From: Myxococcota bacterium
GTDB lineage: Bacteria > Myxococcota_A > UBA9042 > PHBI01 > JAWLBL01
Assembly (NCBI GenBank): GCA_041687695.1
Contig: JAWLBL010000003.1
Span: 55,660-119,659, forward strand
Direction: 5' to 3'
DNA: 64,000 nucleotides
This document shows, piece by piece, positions 10,694 through 19,533 of this stretch. Position 1 is the stretch's first letter; each line of letters starts with the position of its first letter. The notes beneath the pieces were generated by a model. It saw only the letters and a program-made list of their open reading frames with translations. It was not told the origin of the DNA and ran no database searches. The position numbers were made by a program, and so were the translations under genes.

Positions 10694-11827
10694 CTAGGAC
10701 AGGGCCATCTCGAAGCCCGGGTGGGGGGTGCCGAGGTCGGGCGCGCCCAGCGGCGCGTCGGGCAGGGTGACGGACAGCAGGGTCATCGGGGTCCGCTGCA
10801 CGAACAAGCCGCGGAAGGCGGGCGCGAGCGCCGAGCCGCGCGGGATCATGGCGCTCATGAAGTGCAGGCGCCGCTCGCGGAGCGTGGCGTACAGGCCCAG
10901 CAGCAGGTCGCGCAGCAGGGCCGGGTCGTCGCCCTCGATCTCGAGGTGGGTCAAGAAGGCGAAGCGGAAGCAGTCGCCCGGGCGGGGCAGGGGCTGGAAG
11001 CCGGCGACCCGGGCGCCCAGATCCCAGGCCAGGCGCTGCCAGCGCACGCCGCCGTGGTAACCCAGGACGCGGGTGCGCTTGAAGGCGCCGGTGTCCCAGG
11101 GCGCGGCGCAGGCGACGATGCGGCCGGCGCGATCGCGGACGAGGTGGAAGTCCGAGAGCCGAAAGCCGGGCCAGGTCGCCAGGCGCCGGGCCAGCAGGTC
11201 GCCCGAGAAGTCGTAGCCGAAGACGCGCTGGCGGTGGCGGCGGTCGAGGAAGGCGACCAGGGCGTCGAGATCGGCCTCGGTGGCGCGGGTGACCGGGCGG
11301 TCGGGGCGGGGCTTGGGCCGCGTGAACTGGACCGAGGTCATGTCGAAGGGGCAGTGGACGCGGGCGACGGGCTGGCCGGCGCGGGCGCCGTCGCGGCCGA
11401 GCAGGGCCGCCATGGCGCGGCGGTTGGAGTCGATGACCACCGTGTAGAACAGCTCGGCGCCGTGGCGGTCGCGGGCGGCCTCGAGCACGGCGCGGTAGCA
11501 CTCGGGGAACACGCGGGCGCCGCGCAGGGCCGCGGAGAAGCGCAGGTCGCAGAGGTAGCCGGCGGGGCGCAGGGCGCCCAGGACGTGGGCCGGGCGCACC
11601 AGCGCGCTGCCGCAGCCGACGACCTGGTCGTCCTGGACCACCGAGAAGGCCTCGGCGGCGGCCTCGACGTGCATGCGGTGGAGCGCGAAGAAGTCGGGGT
11701 CGCGCTCCTGGGTCATGTCGAGCGCGGCCTTCATGTGGATGTCGCGGAAGAGGGCGCACAGGGCCGCGTCGTCCGCGGGCCGGGCGTCGCGGAGGGACCA
11801 GCCGGGGCCCTGGGCGAGGACGGCCAA
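10694..11827 (-). CDS. GNAT-fold acyltransferase-like protein (probably two GNAT domains)
   Basis: LRDARPADDAALCALF and VTRATEADLDALVAFL are two GNAT-like N-terminal motifs. GYLCDLRFSAALRG resembles motif A. Confidence 0.65.
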   Translation of the reverse strand: MAVLAQGPGWSLRDARPADDAALCALFRDIHMKAALDMTQERDPDFFALHRMHVEAAAEAFSVVQDDQVVGCGSALVRPAHVLGALRPAGYLCDLRFSAALRGARVFPECYRAVLEAARDRHGAELFYTVVIDSNRRAMAALLGRDGARAGQPVARVHCPFDMTSVQFTRPKPRPDRPVTRATEADLDALVAFLDRRHRQRVFGYDFSGDLLARRLATWPGFRLSDFHLVRDRAGRIVACAAPWDTGAFKRTRVLGYHGGVRWQRLAWDLGARVAGFQPLPRPGDCFRFAFLTHLEIEGDDPALLRDLLLGLYATLRERRLHFMSAMIPRGSALAPAFRGLFVQRTPMTLLSVTLPDAPLGAPDLGTPHPGFEMALS

Positions 11828-11833
11828 CCCGGC

Positions 11834-13135
11834 TCAGGCCCGGTCGAGCAGGGCGCGGGCGCGGCGGACGGCTCGCGCGCGGGTGGCGCCGAAGGCGTCG
11901 GCGACCTGGGCGGCCGGCGCCTGGCCGTGGGCGGCGGTGGCGGCGGTCTCGAGGCGAGCGGCGGTGGCGGCCGCCTCGGGGGCCTGGGCGACGGCCTCGG
12001 CCAGCGCGTCGCGGACCGGTTGGCCGCCCTCGGCGAGGCAGAAGGCGATGACGCGCCAGGCGAGGTCGGCGTGGCCCTGCTCGTCGCGGGCGATGGCGCC
12101 CAGGGTGGCGGCGACCGCGGGGTCGGCCGCGCGCGCGTGGGAGGCCTGGGCGCGGGCGGCGGCGGCCCCTTCGCCGAGGGCGCCGTCGGTGAAGGACTCG
12201 GCGGCCAGCCGCGCCAGGCGCGCGATGCGGTCGCCGGTCATCGCGGGGGGCAGGGCGGTGGGCCGCGGGGTGACGCGCAGGCCGCCGTAGGCGCCGGCGA
12301 GATCGAAGGAGAGGGCGGCGTGGCGGACCTCGTCGCGGGCCGAGGCGTGGGCGGCGGCGACCAGATCGCGCGGGGCGCCGGCGGCGGCGAGATCGCGGGC
12401 GAGGCCCAGGAAGGAGGCGACGGACTCGTGCTCGTGGCAGCCGGCGTCGAACCAGCGGTCGGCGAGGGCGGCGCGCTCGACCGGGTCGAGGCGCGTCAGG
12501 TCGACCAGGGCCGGGCCGTCGCGGCGGGCGACCAGGTAGTGGGCCTGGGCGGCGGGGTCGTCCATGCGGAGCGGGCGGCCCTCGATGACGGTGGCGCGGA
12601 ACATGCGCTCGAAGCCCAGGGGGCGGACGACCAGGGCCAGGGTCAGCTCGGCGCCGCGGTCGTCGCCGGCGAAGGGCAGGGTGCCGCCGAGGCGCAGCCC
12701 GAAGGCCATGGCGCTGGCCTCGACGGCGCCGTGGACGCCGTGGGAGAGGCCGACCGGGTCGGGCGTGCGGCCGCCGAAGTCGGCCGAGCGGAAGGCGTAG
12801 CCGACCTCGGTGATGACCGGGACCTGGGGCGAGCCCTGCTCGGGCAGGAAGGTGCCGGCGGGGCCGACGGCGAGGCGGAGGTGCTCGAAGCCGACGAGCT
12901 GGGCGGAGGCGCTGCCGCCGAAGGCCGCCGCGTCGGTGGTGAGCGGGGTGGCGACGAGGTCGAGGCCGAAGACGAAGAAGGTGCGCTGGCCGAAGGACAG
13001 GCCCAGGGACAGGCCGTAGTTCCACGGGATGTGGGTGTCCGGGTCGAAGGCGGCGTGGGCGGGCGCGGCGGTGGCGGTCAGGGCGGCGGCGGCCGTGGCG
13101 GCGGCGAGGTGGCGGCGAGGGCGCGAGCGGGTCAT
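11834..13135 (-). CDS. Secreted protein with C-terminal ferritin-like (di-iron carboxylate) domain
   Basis: Signal peptide ending AHA-A. EHESVASF...DEVRH...GALGE...DEQGH gives two ExxH motifs. Confidence 0.75.
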   Translation of the reverse strand: MTRSRPRRHLAAATAAAALTATAAPAHAAFDPDTHIPWNYGLSLGLSFGQRTFFVFGLDLVATPLTTDAAAFGGSASAQLVGFEHLRLAVGPAGTFLPEQGSPQVPVITEVGYAFRSADFGGRTPDPVGLSHGVHGAVEASAMAFGLRLGGTLPFAGDDRGAELTLALVVRPLGFERMFRATVIEGRPLRMDDPAAQAHYLVARRDGPALVDLTRLDPVERAALADRWFDAGCHEHESVASFLGLARDLAAAGAPRDLVAAAHASARDEVRHAALSFDLAGAYGGLRVTPRPTALPPAMTGDRIARLARLAAESFTDGALGEGAAAARAQASHARAADPAVAATLGAIARDEQGHADLAWRVIAFCLAEGGQPVRDALAEAVAQAPEAAATAARLETAATAAHGQAPAAQVADAFGATRARAVRRARALLDRA

Positions 13136-13277
13136 GCGGGGACTCCCGGGGCGTGGGGTGGCCCGCCGCCAGGTTGCATCGGGCGTGCCAGGCGCCGCAA
13201 GGCGCGCCAGGCGGGAGATCCCGGCGCGGAAGGTGTCAAGTAGGTATACGCTTTGGGCGGCCGGGCCGGCGGAGGTG

Positions 13278-14339
13278 TCAGATCCAGAAGGTCATCTCGT
13301 CGACCCGGGGCTCGGGGGGCGGGGTGGCGCCGCCGGCGGCCGCCCAGTCGCGCAGGGCCTCGATGTGCAGGTGCAGGGTGTCGGCGGGGGTCGAGCTGAA
13401 GTCGGGCGCGCCGTGGTGGCGCAGGGCCTCGCCCTGGATGGCCATGATGTCGACGTCCTGCTGGATGACCTTGCGCGTGTACCAGGGCAATAGACGCGAG
13501 GCGAGCGGGGTCAGGGCGCCGAGCTTGTAGGAGATGAGGGTGAAGACGCGGGTCTCGAAGGGGCGGACCGGGGTGCAGGTCGAGGTGATGACGAAGGCGC
13601 GTCCGCCGCGGTCGGGGTCGCCGAAGACGTAGTCGACCCGGGTGTTGTTGGGCATGTAGAACTTGTCGGTGTGCACCATCGGCAGGCGCCCCGGGTTCAG
13701 GATGCGCTCGGTGAAGCCGATGGAGTCGCGCGGCTGGTCGTAGGTGACGAGCACGCTGTCGGCCGTGCGCTCGACGGTGGTGCGGACGCGCTTTTGGCCG
13801 CGGGTGCGGAACCAGCCCTTGTGGACGAAGACGGTGTGCGGGACGTCCATGAAGTTCTCGACGAGGTGGGTGACCTCGTTGGCGAACATCGTCTCCATGT
13901 AGTAGGCGCCCCAGCCCGGCTCGTCGTGATGGGGCATGGGGAACGGGTCCTTGTCGGGCGGAGCGTCGGGGCCGCCCATCCAGACCCAGACCAGGCCGTC
14001 CTGCTCGCGGGTGGGGAAGGCCTCGAGGCGGCGGTCCGTCGGCGGGCAGGCGTCGGGGCCCTCGGAGGGGACGCCGACGCAGCGGCCCTGGGCGTCGTAG
14101 GTCCAGCCGTGGTAGGGGCAGCCGATCTTGCCGTCGAAGAGGTCGCCGCGGCTGAGCAGGGCGTTGCGGTGCAGGCAGCGGTCGCTCAGGGCGACGGCGC
14201 GGCCGGCGGCGTCGCGCCACAGGACCAGCATCTCGTCCATGACGACGCGGCCCAGCGGCCGACGGGCGGTGACCTGGTGGGACTGGGCGGCGGCGTACCA
14301 GTAGTCCTTGAGCAGCCCGCAGCTGCGGCGCATCGTCAC
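13278..14339 (-). CDS. Rieske non-heme iron oxygenase (alpha-subunit type)
   Basis: Rieske ligands DRCLHR...GCPYHGW. Mononuclear Fe site ENFMDVPHTVFVH...QQDVD. Confidence 0.95.
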   Translation of the reverse strand: MTMRRSCGLLKDYWYAAAQSHQVTARRPLGRVVMDEMLVLWRDAAGRAVALSDRCLHRNALLSRGDLFDGKIGCPYHGWTYDAQGRCVGVPSEGPDACPPTDRRLEAFPTREQDGLVWVWMGGPDAPPDKDPFPMPHHDEPGWGAYYMETMFANEVTHLVENFMDVPHTVFVHKGWFRTRGQKRVRTTVERTADSVLVTYDQPRDSIGFTERILNPGRLPMVHTDKFYMPNNTRVDYVFGDPDRGGRAFVITSTCTPVRPFETRVFTLISYKLGALTPLASRLLPWYTRKVIQQDVDIMAIQGEALRHHGAPDFSSTPADTLHLHIEALRDWAAAGGATPPPEPRVDEMTFWI

Positions 14340-16009
14340 GAGGGCCTCCGGGCGTCGAGCTGGGTCGACAGGGACGCGACGCCCAGCGGCTGGGCGCCCG
14401 GGAAGACGGCGTCCCAGTCGAGGCCGGCGTCGAGGGGGGTCGGCTTGACGTCGCCGGCGCGGACGCCGCGCTGGACCTGGCGCGCGACGTAGCGGGCCCA
14501 GCCGTCGGTGACGCGCACGGCGTCGGGGACCCCCAGCTGCCCCAGGCGCCGGCAGTAGTCGTAGTGGGGGTTGTCGCGCAGGCCGGCCTCGAGGCGACCC
14601 AGGGCGTCGCGCACGGCGGCGGCCGGCGCGTCGGTGTCGACGTACAGGCGGTAGCGGGGCGGGGTGGACGCCAGCGGGGCCAGCAGGGCGAAGCGGTGGG
14701 CGAGGCCGGCCTGGTCGGCGGCGCGGGTCAGGGCCTGGCCGACGTGGTGGGCGTTGAGCTTCTCGCCGGCGCGGTCGCTGCCCTTGTCGAGGCGGCCCTC
14801 GAAGCGGACGCGCGGGGTGCGGCCGACCAGGCCGACGCAGCGGACGACGTCTTTGAGGTGATAGCGGTACAGGCCGCCGCCGGTGGTGATGAGCGGGGAG
14901 TAGGCGCCGCCGGGGCGCAGCTCGTGGGCGAGGAGCGGCCGGGCGGCGGGGCGGTCGAGGTCGATGAACTCGAGGAAGTGGCTGGTGACCGCCAGGACGG
15001 CGCCGGAGGCCTGCGGGGACTCGTCGTCTCCATCCCCTGGGGTGGCGTCGGAGCCGGCGCCCCAGGGGATGGAGACGACGCCCTCGGTGGCCAGCAGGCC
15101 CTTGGGCTGCAGCGGGGTGGCGGGGAACCAGCGGCGCAGGTCGGCCAGCTGATCGCGGGCGGGGCCGTCGGCCCAGCAGGAGACGAGGGCGAGGCGCGGC
15201 CAGAGCAGCTCGCCCGTGGGGGGCGCGCCGTCGGGGACGGCGCGGCGCAGGGCGCGGCGGCGGGCGGGGGGCAGGTCGGCCAGCAGGGCGTCCCAGTCGT
15301 CGGCGATGGCCTGCATCAGCAGGGTCAGGAAGCTGGGGCTCCAGACCGAGATGAGGCCCAGGTCGTCGGCGGCCAGCAGCTCGCGGCAGGTGCGGCGGCG
15401 CCAGGCGGTGACGTCGGGCAGGCGGGCGACCTCGGGGGGGACGGCCAGCAGGCGGCGCAGGGCCAGGCGCTCGAGGGGGCCGAAGTACTCGGTGTCGTCG
15501 TCGAAGCCGATGGGCAGGCCGCCGGCGGTGCGCTGGGCGGCGCGGGTGGCGGGCGAGACGGACCAGTAGCTGCGGGTGCCGCGCAGGGCGGGGCGGCGGG
15601 CGTGGAGGTCGTGCAGCCAGGCGCCGGTGGCGGCCGAGAACTCGGCGCGCAGGGCGGCGGTGTAGGGGACGAGCTTGGCGGCGGCGCTCGAGCCGCTCGA
15701 GCGCTCGAACATCAGGGCGGGGGCGCGGGTCAGGACGCGCTGCTCGCCGGCGGCGACGCGGGAGATCCAGGGAGCCAGCGCGTCGTGGTCGGTGACGGGG
15801 ACGCGGTCCTGGAAGGCGGTGACCGAGTCGATGGCGGAGAAATCGTGGCGGCGGCCGTAGTCGGTGTCGGCGTTGGCGGCGACGGTCTGGCGCAGGCGGG
15901 CGGCCTGGGCGGCGGCGGGGGCGCCGAGGGCCTGGCGGAAGCGGCGGGCGGCGGGGGCGAGCGTGGCCTGCCAGACGGACTGGAGGGCGTGCAGGGCGAG
16001 GTCAGCCAA
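14336..16009 (-). CDS. GH3 family acyl-acid amido synthetase (adenylating enzyme)
   Basis: NADTDYGRRHDF, SSGSSAAAKLVP (P-loop), LLATEG, TTGGGLYRYHLKDVV and GEKL. Confidence 0.9.
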   Translation of the reverse strand: MADLALHALQSVWQATLAPAARRFRQALGAPAAAQAARLRQTVAANADTDYGRRHDFSAIDSVTAFQDRVPVTDHDALAPWISRVAAGEQRVLTRAPALMFERSSGSSAAAKLVPYTAALRAEFSAATGAWLHDLHARRPALRGTRSYWSVSPATRAAQRTAGGLPIGFDDDTEYFGPLERLALRRLLAVPPEVARLPDVTAWRRRTCRELLAADDLGLISVWSPSFLTLLMQAIADDWDALLADLPPARRRALRRAVPDGAPPTGELLWPRLALVSCWADGPARDQLADLRRWFPATPLQPKGLLATEGVVSIPWGAGSDATPGDGDDESPQASGAVLAVTSHFLEFIDLDRPAARPLLAHELRPGGAYSPLITTGGGLYRYHLKDVVRCVGLVGRTPRVRFEGRLDKGSDRAGEKLNAHHVGQALTRAADQAGLAHRFALLAPLASTPPRYRLYVDTDAPAAAVRDALGRLEAGLRDNPHYDYCRRLGQLGVPDAVRVTDGWARYVARQVQRGVRAGDVKPTPLDAGLDWDAVFPGAQPLGVASLSTQLDARRPS

Positions 16010-16772
16010 CGGCGAGGGCCTTTCGGGGGCGGGTGAGGCGGCGGCGGGCGAGCTTGGCGAGGTAGCTGGAGGCCAGATCGAGGCCGATGTGGCCGAGGCA
16101 GACCAGCTCGTCGCCGTGGGCGTGGCCTGGGTTGCGCTGGGCGAAGTAGGCGACGTCGGGGGCGGCGAGCAGGGCCGGGTCGATGGGGGCGACGTCGTCG
16201 CGCAGGCGGCCGGCGGGGCTGGAGAAGCGGAGCAGGCCGAGGTCGGGGCGCCAGGCGTCGCCGAAGCGCTCGCGGGCGAGGGCGTCCATGACGGCGGCCT
16301 GCCAGGCGGGCGTGGGGCGGTCGTGGCGGGGCCAGTGCTCGGGGAAGTTGCGGGTGAGCAGGAGGTAGGTCTTGTAGCCCTTGGTGATGAGGAACCAGTA
16401 GACGGGCGTCAGCGGGTGGGCGGCCTTGACGCGCATCGTGTAGGCGAGGAAGGCGCGCTGCAGGGCGGTCTGGCCCCAGTAGGCGCGGTCGATGACGGTG
16501 TCGCCCGAGAAGACGCAGACGACGCGGCGGCCGTGGACGGCGCGGTCGTAGACCTGCAGGGTCGAAAAGCCGGCGAGGCCGGCGGCCGGGTCCTCGAGCA
16601 GGATGACGTGGTCCTTGGCGGCGAGATCGCGCTGGAAGGTGGGGCGGTCGACGTCGGCGTAGTAGCGGGCGAACAGGGCCCAAAGGGCGTCCTGGACGTG
16701 GGGCGTCAGGGCGCGGACGGGGACGGTGCGGGCGCGCAGGCGGCCGAGGGTGGGGCGGGGGTCGGTGGTCAT
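16002..16772 (-). CDS. GNAT-like hypothetical protein adjacent to GH3
   Basis: C-terminal part of ORF 16002..18311, starting MTTDPRP at an ATGA overlap with the radical SAM stop. Contains GFSTL, FSGDTVIDRAYWG and YWFLITKGYKTY. Confidence 0.7.
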   Translation of the reverse strand: MTTDPRPTLGRLRARTVPVRALTPHVQDALWALFARYYADVDRPTFQRDLAAKDHVILLEDPAAGLAGFSTLQVYDRAVHGRRVVCVFSGDTVIDRAYWGQTALQRAFLAYTMRVKAAHPLTPVYWFLITKGYKTYLLLTRNFPEHWPRHDRPTPAWQAAVMDALARERFGDAWRPDLGLLRFSSPAGRLRDDVAPIDPALLAAPDVAYFAQRNPGHAHGDELVCLGHIGLDLASSYLAKLARRRLTRPRKALAVG

Positions 16773-18430
16773 GCGAGGGCCAGGGCGCGGGCGGCGTCGC
16801 GGTCGAGGCGGCGCTGGGTGAAGCGGCGGAGGGCGCCGAAGGTGGCCTTGACCAGCGGGGTCGAGGCGGCGACGTCGCGCTGGAACGCGAGCAGGGCGGG
16901 GCGGTCGGCCATGTCGTAGGTGAGGATGCCGGGGTAGAAGAGGCCGCCCTGCAGCGCGTGGCCGCCGTGCATCATCTGGTCGTCGATGTGGCGCATCCAG
17001 CGGCCGACCTCGGTCGAGGCCATGGTGGCGTGGCGCCAGTAGGGGGCCGAGGAGCGGCCGCCGGTGGTGGTGACGAGGTCGAAGCGGGCGCGGCTGTCGG
17101 GTGAGAGGATGGGGACGTACTCGACGCGGGTGTTGAAGGGGGCGGCGTAGTAGAAGTCGGGCGGGGCGTCGCGGAGGAAGGCGACGGTCTCGCGGACGGT
17201 GGTCGGGGTCTCGCCCGGGAAGCCGACGATGACGGTGACCAGGGTCGTCAGGCCGGCCTCGCGGCAGTGCAGGAGGCCGCGGCGCATGGCCTGGACGGTG
17301 GCGCGCTTGTTCATGTGGTCGAGCATGCGCTGGCTGCCCGACTCGACGCCGATCTGGACCTGGTGGCAGCCGGCGGCCTTCATCAGGCGGACGGTGTCGA
17401 GGTCGTCGAGGTCGTCGGCGCGGGCGTAGCAGATCCAGCGCAGGCGGGTGCCGTCGGCGAGCAGGCGCTCGCAGAGCTCGACGAGGCGCCGCTTGGGCAT
17501 GGTGAAGAGGCTGTCCAAGCAGGTGACGTACTCGGCGCCGTCGTCGGCGAGGGCGCGCCAGTCGGCGGCGATGCGGGCGGCGCTCTTGGTGCGGAACTTG
17601 GTGTCGTCGAACAGGTACGGGTAGTTGCAGAACGAGCAGCGGTAGGGGCAGCCGCGGACCGACTCGTAGTGGACCATGCGGAAGCGGCGGCCGTGGACGG
17701 CGCCGGCGAGGCGCCAGTCGGGCTCGGGCAGGTCGTCGAGGCTGAGCGAGCGCGGGACGCCGCTGTGGAGGACGTCGGTGGCGCCGGCGCGCTCGAGGCG
17801 GCCGCCGTCGGGCGGGGTCAGGCGCTGGTAGCCGCTGCGGATCCAGGCGGCGAGGGCGGGGACGAGGCGCTCGCCGTAGCCGACGGCGAGGACGTCGAGG
17901 CCGGGGCAGCCGGGCCATTCGCGGTGCAGGATGCCGGCCAGGGCGCCGCCCGCGACCACGCGGTTCCAGGGCCGGTCGAGCATGCGCACCATCGGCTCGA
18001 GCTCGCTCAGATCCCGCAGCAGCGTGGTCGAGGCGAAGACGCAGTCGGTCGCGCCCAGCAGGCGCTCGCGGCGCGCCGGGTCGGCGTACAGCTCGGCGTA
18101 GGTGGCGACCTCGAAGCCCAGCCCCTCGTCGCGCAGCAGGGTGCACAGCGAGACCTCGGTCAGCTCGGGCGCGTCCAGGGTCGGGTCCTCGGTGAAGAAG
18201 CGCTCGACCGCCGCCCGATAGGGCGCGCGCCGGAACGCAGCCGACCGCCTCAGGCGTTGGCTCGCCACCAGGTGCTCGGCCGCCAGCACCTTGTACTGCA
18301 CGTCCAGCCACGCCCCGCTCGACGCCCGGAACGCCTCGACCTGCTTCCTCACCGCCTGGACGAGCGAGCGCTCCTTGACGCTGAGCAGTCCCCCGGTCAC
18401 CACCAGGACCCTGGGTTGTCGCTGAATCAA
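16769..18430 (-). CDS. B12-binding-type radical SAM protein (class B methyltransferase-like)
   Basis: SVRGCPYRCSFC (CxxxCxxC), VVAGGALA, GYGE, DSLF, IGVESGSQRMLDHMNK and IVGFPGET. Start is uncertain (TTG 18430 chosen). Confidence 0.9.
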   Translation of the reverse strand: MIQRQPRVLVVTGGLLSVKERSLVQAVRKQVEAFRASSGAWLDVQYKVLAAEHLVASQRLRRSAAFRRAPYRAAVERFFTEDPTLDAPELTEVSLCTLLRDEGLGFEVATYAELYADPARRERLLGATDCVFASTTLLRDLSELEPMVRMLDRPWNRVVAGGALAGILHREWPGCPGLDVLAVGYGERLVPALAAWIRSGYQRLTPPDGGRLERAGATDVLHSGVPRSLSLDDLPEPDWRLAGAVHGRRFRMVHYESVRGCPYRCSFCNYPYLFDDTKFRTKSAARIAADWRALADDGAEYVTCLDSLFTMPKRRLVELCERLLADGTRLRWICYARADDLDDLDTVRLMKAAGCHQVQIGVESGSQRMLDHMNKRATVQAMRRGLLHCREAGLTTLVTVIVGFPGETPTTVRETVAFLRDAPPDFYYAAPFNTRVEYVPILSPDSRARFDLVTTTGGRSSAPYWRHATMASTEVGRWMRHIDDQMMHGGHALQGGLFYPGILTYDMADRPALLAFQRDVAASTPLVKATFGALRRFTQRRLDRDAARALALA

Positions 18431-18504
18431 ATCACGCTCCGCGCACGCTCGCTTTCGAGAGCCGCCATGATAGAGATTGGTCGCGTCCCTAGGAAGCCCC
18501 ACCC

Positions 18505-19533
18505 GTGAACGCCGCTCCCGCCCCGATCCCTCCGCCCGCCGACGCCCTCGAGGCCGCCCTCGACGCCGCCCAGGACGCCGACGTCGCCGCCGGCCCTCGC
18601 CTGAGCCGCGCCTCCGTCCCCCGCGACCTCCTCGGCAAGGCCAGCGTCCCCGCCCTGCTGCGCTGGGCCGCCCTCGACTGGCTCCTCATCGCCGTCTGCT
18701 GGCTCAGCCTCGCCCTCACGCCGCCCTGGCTCTACCCCGCCTGGGTCTTCCTCGTCGCCGGCCGCCTCCACGCCCTCGGCGTCCTCCTCCACGACGCCTG
18801 CCACCTGCGCCTGCCCCGCAAGACCCCCGCCGCCCGCCTCCTCGAGCTCCTCGCCGGCTACCCCATCGCGTCCACCCTCGACGCCATGCGCTACCACCAC
18901 CTGCGCCACCACCGCGACAGCGGCATGCCCACCGACCCCTACTTCAAGGCCTCCGTCCGCGACAGCCGCCCCATGTTCCTCCTCATGTGGCTCCGCAGCC
19001 TCCTCCTCGTCCCCTGGTGGACCCTCCGCGCCCCCTTCGGCCTGCTCGCCCTCGCCGCGCCCCCCCTCCGCAACTTCTACGGCCGCGCCTTCCTCCAGGA
19101 CCGCTCCGGCGACGACCTCACCCACCACCCCGAGCTCCTCGCCTGCGCCCGCGCCGAGCTCGGCCAATTCGCCTTCCAGGCCGCCGTCCTCGCCGCCGCC
19201 CTCGCCTGGCCCGGCCCCGTCACCTTCGGCTACCTCGTCCCCGCCGTCGTCACCGGCCTCCTCGCCGGCTACCGCATCCTGCTCGAGCACGACTACACCC
19301 CCGCCGCCGACCGCAAGATGACCACCATCCTGGCCACCACCCAGGACCACCACCTCGCCCCCTGGGGCCGCCTCTTCTTCGCCCCCCACCACGTCGGCCA
19401 CCACGTCGTCCACCACCTCCACCCCCAGGTCGCCTTCTGGCACCTCCCCCGCCTGCGCGCCTGGTACCGCCAGCACCACCCCTCCCTGTACCCGCCCGAG
19501 TACCCCAAGAACCTCCGCCGCGAGGCCGCGTGA
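18505..19533 (+). CDS. Membrane fatty-acid desaturase family protein 1
   Basis: Three His boxes HDACH, HHLRHH and HHVVHH, plus hydrophobic segments. Confidence 0.93.
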   Translation: MNAAPAPIPPPADALEAALDAAQDADVAAGPRLSRASVPRDLLGKASVPALLRWAALDWLLIAVCWLSLALTPPWLYPAWVFLVAGRLHALGVLLHDACHLRLPRKTPAARLLELLAGYPIASTLDAMRYHHLRHHRDSGMPTDPYFKASVRDSRPMFLLMWLRSLLLVPWWTLRAPFGLLALAAPPLRNFYGRAFLQDRSGDDLTHHPELLACARAELGQFAFQAAVLAAALAWPGPVTFGYLVPAVVTGLLAGYRILLEHDYTPAADRKMTTILATTQDHHLAPWGRLFFAPHHVGHHVVHHLHPQVAFWHLPRLRAWYRQHHPSLYPPEYPKNLRREAA

